Positions 30,102 through 40,637 are shown, counted from the stretch's first letter. The stretch is DNA of 64,000 nucleotides from Silvibacterium sp. (GCA_030037215.1 JASHRS010000185.1:3947-67946); one strand, 5' to 3'. Program-made: numbers and translations. The notes: a model not told the origin generated them from the letters alone.

Positions 30102-31702
30102 AACGGAATATTTCCGTGCTTCTTCGGTGGATTTTTGTCGCGCTTGCCGTCGAGCATCTCCATCGCGGCGATGAGGCGGCGCCGCGTCTCTTGCGGAAGG
30201 ATGACGGCATCGATGTAGCCGCGCTCGGCGGCAACGTAGGGGTTGGCAAACTGCTCGCGGAATTCGTGAACCTTTTCGGCGCGCGCAGCGGCCAGCACTT
30301 CGGCACGGCGCTCTTCGGTAAATGCTCCGTTGGCAACTTCGGCCTGCTGGACTGCCTGCTCGAGCTCACGTCCGTAGACGATGTTGACCGCTCCTTCGGG
30401 GCCCATGACTGCGATTTCAGCAGAGGGCCAGGCGAGGTTGAGGTCCGTGCGGATGTGCTTGGAACTCATGACACAGTAGGCTCCGCCATAAGCCTTGCGC
30501 GTGATGACAGTGAGCTTGGGGACGGTGGCCTCGGCGAAGGCATAGAGCAGCTTAGCGCCGTGGCGGATAATGCCGCCGTACTCTTGCTGCGTGCCAGGCA
30601 GAAAGCCGGGCACGTCTTCGAGCGTAATGAGCGGGATATTGAAGGCGTCGCAGAAGCGGACGAAACGCGCACCCTTGACGCTGGCGTCGATATCGAGGAC
30701 TCCGGCGAGGTGAGCGGGCTGGTTGGCGACGATGCCGACGGAACGCCCGTTGAGGCGCGCGAAGCCGATCACGATGTTGCGGGCGAAGTGCTCGTGAACC
30801 TCGAAGAAGTAACCGTCGTCGACAATGCGGACAATGACGTCCTTGATGTCGTAGGGCTGATTGGATTCGAAAGGAACGAGGGTGTCGAGTTCGCGGTCTG
30901 CGCGGTCGACCGGATCAGAGCAGGGACGGCGCGGAGGGTCTTCGAGGTTATTGGAGGGCAGAAAGCTGAGCAGCTCGCGCACCATGGCAATGCACTCGCG
31001 GTCGTCGTGGGCCATGAAGTGGGCGACTCCGGAGACTTCGTTGTGCGTGGTCGCGCCGCCGAGCTGCTCCTTGGTCACTTCTTCATGCGTGACCGTCTTA
31101 ATGACGTCCGGCCCGGTGACGAACATGTAGGAGGTCTTGTCGACCATGAGCGTGAAGTCGGTAATGGCTGGCGAATAGACGGCTCCGCCAGCGCAGGGGC
31201 CGAGAATGGCCGATATTTGCGGGATGACGCCGCTGGCGAGGGTATTACGCAGGAAGATGTCGGCGTATCCTGCGAGCGAAACCACGCCCTCCTGAATGCG
31301 TGCGCCGCCGGAGTCGTTGAGCCCGACGATGGGCGCGCCGACGCGCATAGCCGTATCCATAAGCTTGACGATTTTTGCAGCGTTCGCCTCCGAGAGCGAG
31401 CCGCCGAAGACGGTGAAGTCCTGTGCAAAGACGAAGACCGTGCGGCCTTCGATGCGTCCATAACCCGTGACGAAGCCGTCGCCAGGCGGGCGCTTGTCCG
31501 CCATGCCGAAGTCGGCGCAGCGGTGCGTTACAAATTTGTCGGTTTCTTCGAATGTGCCGTCGTCGAGCAGCAGAGCAAGTCGCTCGCGTGCCGAGAGCTT
31601 TCCCTGGGCTGCCTGGCGCTCGCGGCGCTCGCGGCCTCCGCCTTCCTCGGCCAGTCGTTCGCGACGTGCCAGTTCAGCGATTGCGTGATCGCGATTCTCC
31701 AT
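30098..31702 (-). CDS. Acyl-CoA carboxylase carboxyltransferase (beta) subunit, PccB-like
   Basis: [46 protein letters not shown]. Confidence 0.95.
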   Translation of the reverse strand: MENRDHAIAELARRERLAEEGGGRERRERQAAQGKLSARERLALLLDDGTFEETDKFVTHRCADFGMADKRPPGDGFVTGYGRIEGRTVFVFAQDFTVFGGSLSEANAAKIVKLMDTAMRVGAPIVGLNDSGGARIQEGVVSLAGYADIFLRNTLASGVIPQISAILGPCAGGAVYSPAITDFTLMVDKTSYMFVTGPDVIKTVTHEEVTKEQLGGATTHNEVSGVAHFMAHDDRECIAMVRELLSFLPSNNLEDPPRRPCSDPVDRADRELDTLVPFESNQPYDIKDVIVRIVDDGYFFEVHEHFARNIVIGFARLNGRSVGIVANQPAHLAGVLDIDASVKGARFVRFCDAFNIPLITLEDVPGFLPGTQQEYGGIIRHGAKLLYAFAEATVPKLTVITRKAYGGAYCVMSSKHIRTDLNLAWPSAEIAVMGPEGAVNIVYGRELEQAVQQAEVANGAFTEERRAEVLAAARAEKVHEFREQFANPYVAAERGYIDAVILPQETRRRLIAAMEMLDGKRDKNPPKKHGNIPL

Positions 31703-31811
31703 CCGTTCGGATTATAGTGGGACCGGCCGTCCAGGCGATTGCGCCTTCGCTACCTTCCTGGACCCTCTAGGGGCTGATTGCTGGGAGTGGGTTTTCATCC
31801 CAAGGAGGGCA

Positions 31812-31848
31812 CAAAAAATACAGAGGGACCCACTCAATGCGAGTCCCT
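31812..31848 (-). terminator. Terminator after the small Cys-rich ORF
   Basis: Minus strand AGGGACTCGC-ATTGA-GTGGGTCCCT (two G-U pairs), then CTGTATTTTTT. Confidence 0.6.
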
Positions 31849-31871
31849 GACGGTTACCGGCCTAATGGGAC

Positions 31872-32042
31872 CTAGACGACTTCGTGATGGAACAAGTCAT
31901 CTTTCTCTTCGCAGGGCTCGCAGACACACCCCACCGCGCAACCGATGAGCACCGCCACGCCGAGCGTTACCAGAATGGCCGGCAGATAGCTGCTCAGGTT
32001 CGACAAGTGGAACAGAATTTCCTGTGCCTTCGTGATCCACAT
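31872..32042 (-). CDS. Small (56 aa) single-TM Cys-rich protein, absent from ORF track
   Basis: MWITKAQEILFHLSNLSSYLPAILVTLGVAVLIGCAVGCVCEPCEEKDDLFHHEVV; GGAG RBS upstream, terminator downstream. Confidence 0.65.
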   Translation of the reverse strand: MWITKAQEILFHLSNLSSYLPAILVTLGVAVLIGCAVGCVCEPCEEKDDLFHHEVV

Positions 32043-32200
32043 AAGAGAACTCCACCTATTAAGAAGATTGAATCTTCAGTAAGGTTTCCTTCATCGCAGT
32101 GTCACATTCTGCGTGAATATCATCTCACTTACGTCAAGACTCCAAAAGCATTTCCTTGTTGCTGTGCATAGGAATTCCCGCCAGAAGTTCCGGAATGGCA

Positions 32201-32229
32201 TTGAAATCTGGCGAATAAAAGACGAAAAT
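32201..32229 (+). promoter_or_regulatory. Putative promoter overlapped by a LexA-like direct repeat
   Basis: TTGAAA-N17-GAAAAT; GAAT-N7-GAAA (11-bp period) at 32213-32227. Confidence 0.5.
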
Positions 32230-32234
32230 TGGGC

Positions 32235-33566
32235 GTGGCTGCGATAGGTACAAATTCGCCCTCCGTTCGATGGCTCTTCCTCGACCTTAACTCCTACTTT
32301 GCCTCTGTCGAGCAGGAGCTTCGCCCCGAGCTGCGCAACCGGCCGGTCATTGTTGTTCCGGTCATGACGGACACCACCTGCGCCATCGCCGCCAGCTATG
32401 AAGCGAAAGCCTTTGGCGTGAAAACCGGAACCATGGTTGGCGAAGCGAAACGCATGTGTCCCGGCCTGACGCTGGTGGAAGCGCGCCACGAGCTTTACGT
32501 CCAGTACCATCACAAAATCATCGAAGCCATAGAACGCTGCGTTCCGATCTCGGCTGTCATGTCTATCGACGAAATGGCCGCGAGCTTGATGGGCCGGGAG
32601 CGGGCTTTAATGACGGCGCTCGATCTGGCGCGAAGTGTCAAGGCGTCGATCCGGGAGCACGCGGGGAGAACCTTGCGCTGTTCGATCGGCCTTGCGCCTA
32701 ACCGCTATCTGGCCAAAATCGCCTCGGATATGGAAAAGCCGGACGGCCTGGTTGCGCTTACACCCGATATTCTCGATGGCGCGCTCAGCAAGCTTGAGTT
32801 GCGTGACCTGCCGGGCGTGGGCGCGCGCATGGAACGGCGACTGCACCAGAGCGGGATTCGCACGATGCCGCAACTGCTCGCGCTCAACCGCGAGCAGATG
32901 GCCCGGGTGTGGGGTGGCGTAGGCGGAGAAAAGCTCTGGTACTGGCTGCGCGGCGAGGACTTCAACGACGCCGAGCTGGAACACCAGAAATCCATCAGCC
33001 AGAGCCACGTTCTGCCGCCGGACTTGCGCACTGTCGAGGGATGCTACGCGGTCGCACACAAGCTGCTGCACAAAGCGGCAATACGGCTGAGAACCGCGCG
33101 CCTGTGGGCCACGAGTGTCTCGCTCTCGCTCCGGTTTGTGGTTCCAAAAGAGCAGGCAAAGCGGCAGCACTTCTCGGGAGTCCTGCACGCGGGGTGGTCG
33201 CGAGGCTGTCCTGTGATTGAGTGCCAGGACAGCCAGACGCTGATTGAGGCGTTCACAAAGCTATGGGCGCAGCGGCCGCAGGGATCCGGGTATCAAAAAC
33301 CGTTTCAGGTCGGAGTCTGGCTGGGCGATCTTGTCCCAGACCATCTGCACACGCTGAATTTATTTGCCGGCCTTGAGACGGAATCGCGGCGCACGCGGCT
33401 CTCCTCGGCCATGGACGCTTTGAACCACAAGTACGGCCTCGATACCCTGATGCCGGCCAGCATGCTGATCGCCAGGGCCGCCGCACCCACACGGATCGCG
33501 TTCACCAGCATCCCCGACCTGTTCGAGGACTCGCCATCCGGACCCGTGCGGCCAACCCGGTCATAA
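32235..33566 (+). CDS. dinB: Y-family DNA polymerase (DinB/Pol IV-like)
   Basis: DLNSYFASVE, IAASYEAK, SIDE, LAKIASDMEKPDG; start TTG 32229 or GTG 32235. Confidence 0.85.
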   Translation: MAAIGTNSPSVRWLFLDLNSYFASVEQELRPELRNRPVIVVPVMTDTTCAIAASYEAKAFGVKTGTMVGEAKRMCPGLTLVEARHELYVQYHHKIIEAIERCVPISAVMSIDEMAASLMGRERALMTALDLARSVKASIREHAGRTLRCSIGLAPNRYLAKIASDMEKPDGLVALTPDILDGALSKLELRDLPGVGARMERRLHQSGIRTMPQLLALNREQMARVWGGVGGEKLWYWLRGEDFNDAELEHQKSISQSHVLPPDLRTVEGCYAVAHKLLHKAAIRLRTARLWATSVSLSLRFVVPKEQAKRQHFSGVLHAGWSRGCPVIECQDSQTLIEAFTKLWAQRPQGSGYQKPFQVGVWLGDLVPDHLHTLNLFAGLETESRRTRLSSAMDALNHKYGLDTLMPASMLIARAAAPTRIAFTSIPDLFEDSPSGPVRPTRS

Positions 33567-34459
33567 TGGAGCGAATGGCTCCGCCGCTCAGTTCGAGCCT
33601 TTATCGTGGGCGTCTCGCGCCGTCGCCCACCGGATTGCTCCATCTGGGTCACGCGAGAACGTTTCTCGTGGCTGCGGCCCGCGCGCGCGATGCACGTGGA
33701 ACGCTGGTTCTGCGCAACGAAGACCTTGACCGGGAGCGGTCACGTTCGGAATTCTATCGCGCGATGCTCGAAGACCTGCACTGGCTGGGCATCAATTGGC
33801 AGGAGGGTCCCGATATCGGTGGCCAATACGCGCCTTACTCGCAGAGCGAGCGTGGCGCATCGTATCTCGTCGCCTTTCAGCGGCTGCGCAATACCGGATT
33901 CATCTATCCCTGCAAGTGCTCGCGCAAGGAGTTGGCGCTGGCCGCCAGCGCGCCGCATGAGAATGACGAGGACGACCCCATCTATCCCGGCACCTGCCGC
34001 CCACAGCCCGGCCAGCCCGAAAGCTACCTGCGCAACCTTCCTTCATCACATTCTGCGTCCAACTGGCGCTTCCGCGTGCCCGACGACGAGACGATCGAGT
34101 TTGAGGACCGGCACTTCGGGCCGCAGCGCTTTATTGCCGGACGGGACTTCGGCGATTTCCTCGTCTGGCGGCGGGATGGCGTGCCGTCGTATCAGCTGGC
34201 CTGCGTTGTCGATGATGCGGCGATGCGCATCACTGAGGTTGTTCGCGGGGCCGACTTGCTGAAGTCCACGGCGCGACAGATTCTGCTGTATCGGGCGCTC
34301 GGTCTTGAACCGCCGCAGTGGTATCACTGCCCATTGGTGACCGATGCAAGTGGCCAGCGCCTGGCGAAACGCCATGATGCCCTTGCGATCCGAACGCTGC
34401 GCGAGCAGGGGAAACAGCCGGAGGAGCTTCAGGAAATGATGGCGGCAGCCGGAAACTAG
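33566..34459 (+). CDS. gluQ: Glutamyl-Q tRNA(Asp) synthetase
   Basis: GRLAPSPTG, HLGH, CKCSR...YPGTC, VVRGADL, RLAKR; no anticodon-binding domain. Confidence 0.9.
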   Translation: MERMAPPLSSSLYRGRLAPSPTGLLHLGHARTFLVAAARARDARGTLVLRNEDLDRERSRSEFYRAMLEDLHWLGINWQEGPDIGGQYAPYSQSERGASYLVAFQRLRNTGFIYPCKCSRKELALAASAPHENDEDDPIYPGTCRPQPGQPESYLRNLPSSHSASNWRFRVPDDETIEFEDRHFGPQRFIAGRDFGDFLVWRRDGVPSYQLACVVDDAAMRITEVVRGADLLKSTARQILLYRALGLEPPQWYHCPLVTDASGQRLAKRHDALAIRTLREQGKQPEELQEMMAAAGN

Positions 34460-35415
34460 GATTCTGCCTCAACTGCGGCGATCTCGACTTCGGCGGCGGC
34501 TTTGCCGCTGCTCAATCTGGACGAAGTAACCAGCGCCACAGAAATCACAATGGCCACCATGCCGATGTATTCGGTGCTTTCCAATCGTTCATGCAGAACA
34601 AGCGCACCAATCAACACGGCCACCATCGGATTGACGTAGGCATATGTGGCGACTTTGGCAACCGGCACATGCGCGATCAGCCAGATATAGCAACTGAATC
34701 CCAGCAACGAGCCGAAGAAAACCAGATATCCGACGGAGGCCACGCTTTGCCAGTTCCACACCGCATGGGGCCATCGCCAGAAAAGCGTTGCAAAGACGAC
34801 GTTGGTGGCTCCGGCTGCGAACATTTCCCATCCAGCGGCTACCAGAGGGTCGACGGGCAGATTCATGCGGCGCGAGAGCACTGAGCCGGACGCCCAGGAA
34901 AACGCTCCGATGAGAATGCCGGAGATGGCAATAATCTCCATGGGGTGACCCCTGAGGCCGTCCCGGAGACTGGGCCACAGGAGGGCCACCAGCGCGCTGA
35001 AGCCGAGCGCGAGGCCGAAATAGCCTTGGCGGCGCAGCCGGTCACCATTGGGAATGACCATCTCGATGAGCACTACATAGAGCGGCACAACGGCAACGAT
35101 GAGCGCTGCGAGACCACTGGACAGATACTTTTCGCTCCACACGAGGAAGATGTTTCCACCGAAAAGCAGCATGACGCCGAGCAGCATGAGGCGCCACATT
35201 ACATAACTGGCATGAAAAATCCTGCGCCCGCGCAGCAGACAAAAGCTGAGCATGATCGCCGCGCTGACGAGCATCCGAACCCCAGCCAGGATGGTTGCAG
35301 GCAACAGTGCTACGCCAATCCGCATGGCCGTATAGGTCGCGCCCCAGCAGAAGTAAACGATCAGAAAAGCAAGAATAATGGACAGGCGAGTGGGCGAGCC
35401 GCGCGATTCATTCAT
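34456..35415 (-). CDS. EamA/DMT family transporter
   Basis: IVYFCWGATY, about 10 TM helices, TYAYVNPMVAV; ATG 35415. Confidence 0.9.
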   Translation of the reverse strand: MNESRGSPTRLSIILAFLIVYFCWGATYTAMRIGVALLPATILAGVRMLVSAAIMLSFCLLRGRRIFHASYVMWRLMLLGVMLLFGGNIFLVWSEKYLSSGLAALIVAVVPLYVVLIEMVIPNGDRLRRQGYFGLALGFSALVALLWPSLRDGLRGHPMEIIAISGILIGAFSWASGSVLSRRMNLPVDPLVAAGWEMFAAGATNVVFATLFWRWPHAVWNWQSVASVGYLVFFGSLLGFSCYIWLIAHVPVAKVATYAYVNPMVAVLIGALVLHERLESTEYIGMVAIVISVALVTSSRLSSGKAAAEVEIAAVEAES

Positions 35416-35556
35416 GACCGGGATACTTCTATCGTACAGTGGTCGGACCGCGTGGGCCGATGCTTCCCCGGATCCTTTTCTTTGGCTTAGAGAGAACACC
35501 GCAGAACTATTCACCGCTTTGGTGAGCGTGCTATCCTCACAACAAGTGCACGAGCC

Positions 35557-35694
35557 ATGCGGAACGCACACACCAATTCGCCAGGCCAGTCCAGTCACTG
35601 CTGGAACCGGGCCTACGCTCGCGCCATTGCTCCCCGCAAGCATCTCCGCGTGCTGCCTACCCGCACGCGACCTAGCCTCTTCGGCAGCGACTAG
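35557..35694 (+). other. Putative leader peptide uORF (45 aa) in structured 5' leader
   Basis: ATG 35557 to TAG 35694, downstream of extended -10 TGCTATCCT; stop codon lies inside competing hairpins. Confidence 0.35.
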
Positions 35695-35832
35695 TCACCG
35701 CTGCCCGCCGCGCGCCTTCTGACGCCTCCCAAACGTCAGCCACTTGGCGCATGGTGACCGAAGAGGACTCTCTCGCCAGCCCGCGTCTCAACCAGGACGA
35801 CGACCCAGGCACTAAACCAATAGGAGAGAACC

Positions 35833-37239
35833 ATGAGCAGCACGACTGAAAGCACCGCGATTGCGACCTCAAAAACCGAACTTTACGAGCAGTACGGCCC
35901 AAAACTGCGCACCGCACTGCCCGGCCCTAACGCGCGCCGCGTTGTGGAAGCTGACGACCGCCTCATTTCGCCGAGCTACACGCGCTCGTACCCCATGGTC
36001 GCCAGGCGTGGACGCGGGGTTCGCGTGGAAGACGTGGATGGCAACGAATTTCTTGATTTCGCCGCAGGGATTGCCGTTGTTTCGACCGGTCACTGTCATC
36101 CTGAGGTCGTAAAGGCCATTCAGGAACAGGCCGCCGAGCTGATTCACATGTCGGGCACGGATTTTTATTACGAATCGCTGGTGACGCTGTCGGAGCGGCT
36201 GTCCGCGATTGCTCCCATGCCCGGCCCGCACCGCTTCTATTACGGCAACTCCGGCGCGGAGGCAGTTGAATGCGCGCTGAAGATTGCCCGCTATCACACC
36301 GGGCGGCAGAACATCATCGCGTTTTTTGGTGCCTTTCACGGACGCACCATGGGCGCGTTGTCGCTAACTGCTTCCAAGCCGCAGCAGCGGCGGCGGTTTG
36401 CGCCACTGGTTCCGGGCGTGACGCATGTGCGGTATCCGTATGCGTACCGTGGATGCAGCGGCGGCCCGCAGGAGGAACAAGCCTTTGCGTTGGGCTGCGC
36501 ACGCTTCATCGAAGAAAAGCTCTTCAAGACGACGCTCCCTCCCGAAGAGGTTGCAGCTATCTTTGTTGAGCCGATTCAGGGCGAGGGCGGCTATGTAGTG
36601 GCTCCCGACATTTTCATGCACGAGCTTCGCCGCATCTGCGACCGGCACGGCATTCTGCTGGTTGCCGATGAGGTGCAATCTGGAGCGGCACGAACGGGCA
36701 AATGGTGGGCCATTGAGCACAGCGGCGTGCAGCCGGACATCGTATGCATGGCCAAGGGCATTGCATCGGGAATGCCTCTCGGCGTTTGCATGACACGCGC
36801 CGAGATCATGGACTGGAAGCCGGGATCGCATGCGTCGACTTTCGGCGGGAATCCGGTGGCGATTGCCGCAGCACTGGCGACAATCGACATTCTGGAACGC
36901 GAAGGTATGGCAAACGCCGCGAAACTCGGCGGGAAGATGCTGGACCAGCTGAAAACCTGGCCTAGGAAGCACCACATTGTGGGCGATGTACGCGGACGCG
37001 GCCTGATGATCGGTATTGAGATCGTCAGGGATCAGCAGTCGCGCGAACCGGCAGGAGCGCTGCGTGACCGCATTATCGAGCTGGCCTTCGAGCGTGGCCT
37101 GCTCATTCTCGGCTGCGGCGAAACAGCAATCCGGCTGGCTCCGCCTCTGATCGTCAACGAGCACGAGGCCGCGATCGCGCTCGATATCTTCGAGGACTGC
37201 ATCGCAAAGGTCGAAGAGGAACTCGCGAAGAAGGCTTAG
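35833..37239 (+). CDS. Class III PLP aminotransferase (4-aminobutyrate/acetylornithine family)
   Basis: LDFAAGIAV, NSGAEAVE, FHGRT, EPIQGEGG, DEVQSG, MAKG, STFGGNP. Confidence 0.93.
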   Translation: MSSTTESTAIATSKTELYEQYGPKLRTALPGPNARRVVEADDRLISPSYTRSYPMVARRGRGVRVEDVDGNEFLDFAAGIAVVSTGHCHPEVVKAIQEQAAELIHMSGTDFYYESLVTLSERLSAIAPMPGPHRFYYGNSGAEAVECALKIARYHTGRQNIIAFFGAFHGRTMGALSLTASKPQQRRRFAPLVPGVTHVRYPYAYRGCSGGPQEEQAFALGCARFIEEKLFKTTLPPEEVAAIFVEPIQGEGGYVVAPDIFMHELRRICDRHGILLVADEVQSGAARTGKWWAIEHSGVQPDIVCMAKGIASGMPLGVCMTRAEIMDWKPGSHASTFGGNPVAIAAALATIDILEREGMANAAKLGGKMLDQLKTWPRKHHIVGDVRGRGLMIGIEIVRDQQSREPAGALRDRIIELAFERGLLILGCGETAIRLAPPLIVNEHEAAIALDIFEDCIAKVEEELAKKA

Positions 37240-37282
37240 GACGGCGACGCCAAGCTGTGAAAACTGGCGTTAATACACAACG

Positions 37283-37311
37283 GGCGGCCGGGACATCGGC
37301 CGCCTGATTTT
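37283..37311 (+). terminator. Terminator after the aminotransferase
   Basis: GGCGGCCG-6nt-CGGCCGCC then TGATTTT. Confidence 0.6.
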
Positions 37312-37704
37312 ACGACCCATGCTTCTTCAAATACATTCCCATGGCAAGAAAAGCGGCGGAAACGGCTGCTTCCAGCAGCCCCCAACCGAGGGAATGCTGA
37401 TGAAGGCTGAGGGCGGCATCAAAAAACCATGCCGCAGCGCCTACAAACCAGATCCAGTAAAAATTCCGCTTCACCTTAATGCCTGAGATGCCGAGTGATG
37501 TTGTCGTGCGGGCTCGGCGTAATCACCTCGAAACCGAATACCTTTGGCCAATTTCCAAAGATTCAGTATTGTTTAATACTAAATGGAAGGGCTTCATGGA
37601 CGGGTCTGCCCAATCTCCTCCTCAACCCGCCTGAAGATTTCCCAAAAGAGAGGGCTCGGACCCCTGCAAGTTTCTCATTCGTCTCCGCGACGATCCTTCG
37701 CTCT

Positions 37705-40536
37705 ATGTACATGCTGCCTCCCTCACCTCGCCGGATGACGCTACGCCTTGCGCTCGTGCTGCTGCTCTGTTTGCCTGCATGGACAAAGCTGTGCGCGCAG
37801 GAACAGGCAGGCACCATTCGCGGAGAGATTACGGACCCCTCCGGCGCGCTGATTCGGGCGGCACGGGTAACGCTCAGCTCCGAGGGGCGGAACGTGCGCA
37901 CTACGTCCTCAGACCAGGCCGGAGAATTTCTTTTCTCCGAAGTGACTCCTGGAAGGTATGCGCTCGCGGTGAGAGCAAATGGCTTCCGCGACGAAGTGCG
38001 TCAGATTGATCTGAAGACCGGTGAAACAGCCTCATTCTCGATCAGGTTGAAGATCGAGGTGCAGCACCAGGAGTTTTCGGTATACAGCGAGGTGCTAAGC
38101 TCCAGCCCGGACCGCAATCTGGGAGTGATCATTCTGCGCGGGGCCGATCTGGATGCGCTGGCCACCAACTCACAGGATTTGAAGCAGCAATTGGAAGCCA
38201 TGGCAGGCTCGGACGTGACGCCGCAATTCTACGTGGACGGATTCACGGCGACTCGTCTGCCGCCGAAGTCCGCGATCCAGGAAATCCGCATGAACCAGGA
38301 CCCCTATTCGGCGCAATATGACACGCCGGGAGCGGAACGGATTGAGATCATCACCAAGCCGGGCACCGATGCGCTGCACGGCAATCTTGTGATGTACGGC
38401 GAGGACTCGGCGCTGAACTCGCAGAACCCGTACGTCACGAACCAGCCCTCCTACGCTTCGTTTTTCACCGAGGGCAACATCAGTGGGCCGCTGACAAAGG
38501 ACAGCTCGTGGTTTCTTGCGGCGGACCAGCAGACAGTTGGCGCGCAGTCTTTCATCCATGCCGTTACGTCGTCGACCGGACCAGCCTATACGCAGACCGT
38601 TTCAAGCCCGCAGACTTCGGTTGACGCAGCACCACGCATCGATTTTCAGGTGGGCAAGGTCCACACGCTTAGCATCCGCTATGCGTTCGGGCACCAGACG
38701 CAGGACAACCTGCTGCAGAGCCAGCTTTCCTTGCCTGCGCAGGCAGTAGATACGCGCCACACGGACCAGACCTTCCAGATAAGCGACACACAGACATGGA
38801 GCCCGAGGCTGGTGAATGAACTTCGCTTCCAGTTTATCCGCACGAATGACAGTTCGGTGGCCGTGAACGGCAGCGCCAGCGTGCTAGTGCAAGGCGCCTT
38901 CAACGGCGGAGGTAACAATCTGGGCCAGTCGCATGACGGTCAGAACCACTATGAGCTGCAGGATTATGTTTCGCTGCTGCGGGGTAACCACCTGCTGCAC
39001 TTCGGGGGGCGTTTTCGCGACATTCAGGACGGCAACACTTCAACCGGCGGCTATAACGGCCAGTTCATCTTCTCGTCGATCGATGCGTATGAGATCACAC
39101 AACAGGGAATTGCCGAAGGACTGACACCTGAGCAGATTCGCGCGCTCGGCGGTGGCGCAAGCCAGTTCAGCATCACGGCAGGGGTGCCAAATGTCACGGT
39201 CAATGTTGCCGATCTGGGGCTTTATTTCGAAGACGAATGGAAGCTGCGTTCCAATATGACGCTGACTCCCGGACTGCGCTACGAAACGCAGTCCCGCATC
39301 CCCGACCATGCCGACTTCGCTCCGCGCCTCAGCTATGGATGGTCCATCGGCGAGAAAGACAAAAAGCCGGCCAAAGCAGTGCTGAGGGCAGGGATCGGGC
39401 TTTTCTATCAACGATTCACTCCGGACCTGGTGCTCAACGCTGCGAGGCAGAACGGCGTACTGCAGCAGCAGTATGTCGTGAACAATCCGGACTTTTATCC
39501 GAATCTGCCTTCGCCCGATGAGTTGGGACCGGCCACGCTGCCCACAATCTATCAGATCGACCCGCGGCTGCATGCGCCCTCGCTGCTGCAAGAGAGTGTC
39601 AGCGTCGAGAAACAGTTCTCGAAGCGGCTGTTTATTTCGACGAATTACACCTACTATCGCGGCATTGACCAACTGCTTACGCGGAACATCAACGCACCTC
39701 TGCCGGGGACGTACAATCCCGATGACCCGACCAGTGGAACGCGGCCATTGGGCACCCTGCAGAACGTTTATCAATACGAATCCGAAGGCGCGTCGAAGCA
39801 CAACCAGCTTTATCTGAACATGCGCTACCGGACCAGGCCTGTGCTGCTCTATGGCTACTATCTGCTGGGCGAGCGCGATACGAATACGCAAGGGCCGAGC
39901 AGCTTTCCGTCGAACCAATACGATCTGCATGTGGATTACGGCCGCGCGGCAAACGACATTCGCAACCGGGGCTACTTAGGCGGCATCATCAACCTGCCGT
40001 ACAAATTTGTGCTCAATCCATTTTTCATTGTTCAGTCGAGCGCGCCCTTCAACATCACGATCGGCGAAGACCTGAACGGCGATTCGCAGTTCAACGACCG
40101 TCCGGCATTCGCGACAGATCTGACCCGCCCGAGTGTTTATCACACAAAGTGGGGCAACTTCGACGCAGATCCAATGACAGGACAGACGATAATCCCCATC
40201 AACTATGGCACTGGGCCATCGTTTGTGATGCTGAACGCGGCATTTTCACGAACTATCTCCTTTGGGCCGAAAGTTACTGAACCTGCAGTGGCTGTCGCGC
40301 CTGCACCTTCTAAGCCTGAAGCTCAGAAGAAGCCGGCAAAGCTGGACATTCCCCGCCGCTACCAGATGAGCGTGGGCATCGAGGCACAAAACGTGTTCAA
40401 TACCGTCAACGGAGGGCCGCCAGTCGGTGTTCTGGGTTCGTCACTCTTCGGCCAGTCAACGAGTTTGTCGTCCACGCAATTTTCCAACACGCAGGCAAAC
40501 CGCATTCTGTACCTGCATCTCACGCTCAACTTCTGA
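37705..40536 (+). CDS. TonB-dependent receptor with carboxypeptidase-regulatory-like N domain (Oar-like)
   Basis: Signal peptide, GTIRGEITDPSGA, IQEIRM, TPGLRYE, FAPRLSYGW, C-terminal Phe; start 37705-37735. Confidence 0.88.
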   Translation: MYMLPPSPRRMTLRLALVLLLCLPAWTKLCAQEQAGTIRGEITDPSGALIRAARVTLSSEGRNVRTTSSDQAGEFLFSEVTPGRYALAVRANGFRDEVRQIDLKTGETASFSIRLKIEVQHQEFSVYSEVLSSSPDRNLGVIILRGADLDALATNSQDLKQQLEAMAGSDVTPQFYVDGFTATRLPPKSAIQEIRMNQDPYSAQYDTPGAERIEIITKPGTDALHGNLVMYGEDSALNSQNPYVTNQPSYASFFTEGNISGPLTKDSSWFLAADQQTVGAQSFIHAVTSSTGPAYTQTVSSPQTSVDAAPRIDFQVGKVHTLSIRYAFGHQTQDNLLQSQLSLPAQAVDTRHTDQTFQISDTQTWSPRLVNELRFQFIRTNDSSVAVNGSASVLVQGAFNGGGNNLGQSHDGQNHYELQDYVSLLRGNHLLHFGGRFRDIQDGNTSTGGYNGQFIFSSIDAYEITQQGIAEGLTPEQIRALGGGASQFSITAGVPNVTVNVADLGLYFEDEWKLRSNMTLTPGLRYETQSRIPDHADFAPRLSYGWSIGEKDKKPAKAVLRAGIGLFYQRFTPDLVLNAARQNGVLQQQYVVNNPDFYPNLPSPDELGPATLPTIYQIDPRLHAPSLLQESVSVEKQFSKRLFISTNYTYYRGIDQLLTRNINAPLPGTYNPDDPTSGTRPLGTLQNVYQYESEGASKHNQLYLNMRYRTRPVLLYGYYLLGERDTNTQGPSSFPSNQYDLHVDYGRAANDIRNRGYLGGIINLPYKFVLNPFFIVQSSAPFNITIGEDLNGDSQFNDRPAFATDLTRPSVYHTKWGNFDADPMTGQTIIPINYGTGPSFVMLNAAFSRTISFGPKVTEPAVAVAPAPSKPEAQKKPAKLDIPRRYQMSVGIEAQNVFNTVNGGPPVGVLGSSLFGQSTSLSSTQFSNTQANRILYLHLTLNF

Positions 40537-40637
40537 GCCGACGCACTGCCCGCGTGCGGGATGCTACCCTCATCTTTGGCCCTTTTTGCATGACACGCGC
40601 ACAGGAAGCACTCTCAGAACAGGTAACTGAACCGCCC

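Noticed and set aside
30116-31717. 533-aa plus-strand ORF
   Set aside because: Antisense shadow of the carboxyltransferase; GC-rich codon bias explains the lack of stops; no recognisable motifs
35740-35810. Glycine or guanidine riboswitch
   Set aside because: CCGAAG and CTCTC are present but the CTCTCAGG core is not; no paired ACGR-loop hairpins or ykkC 3' motif
37312-37700. Cobalamin or c-di-GMP riboswitch before the TonB-dependent receptor
   Set aside because: Only scattered short hairpins; consensus boxes not found
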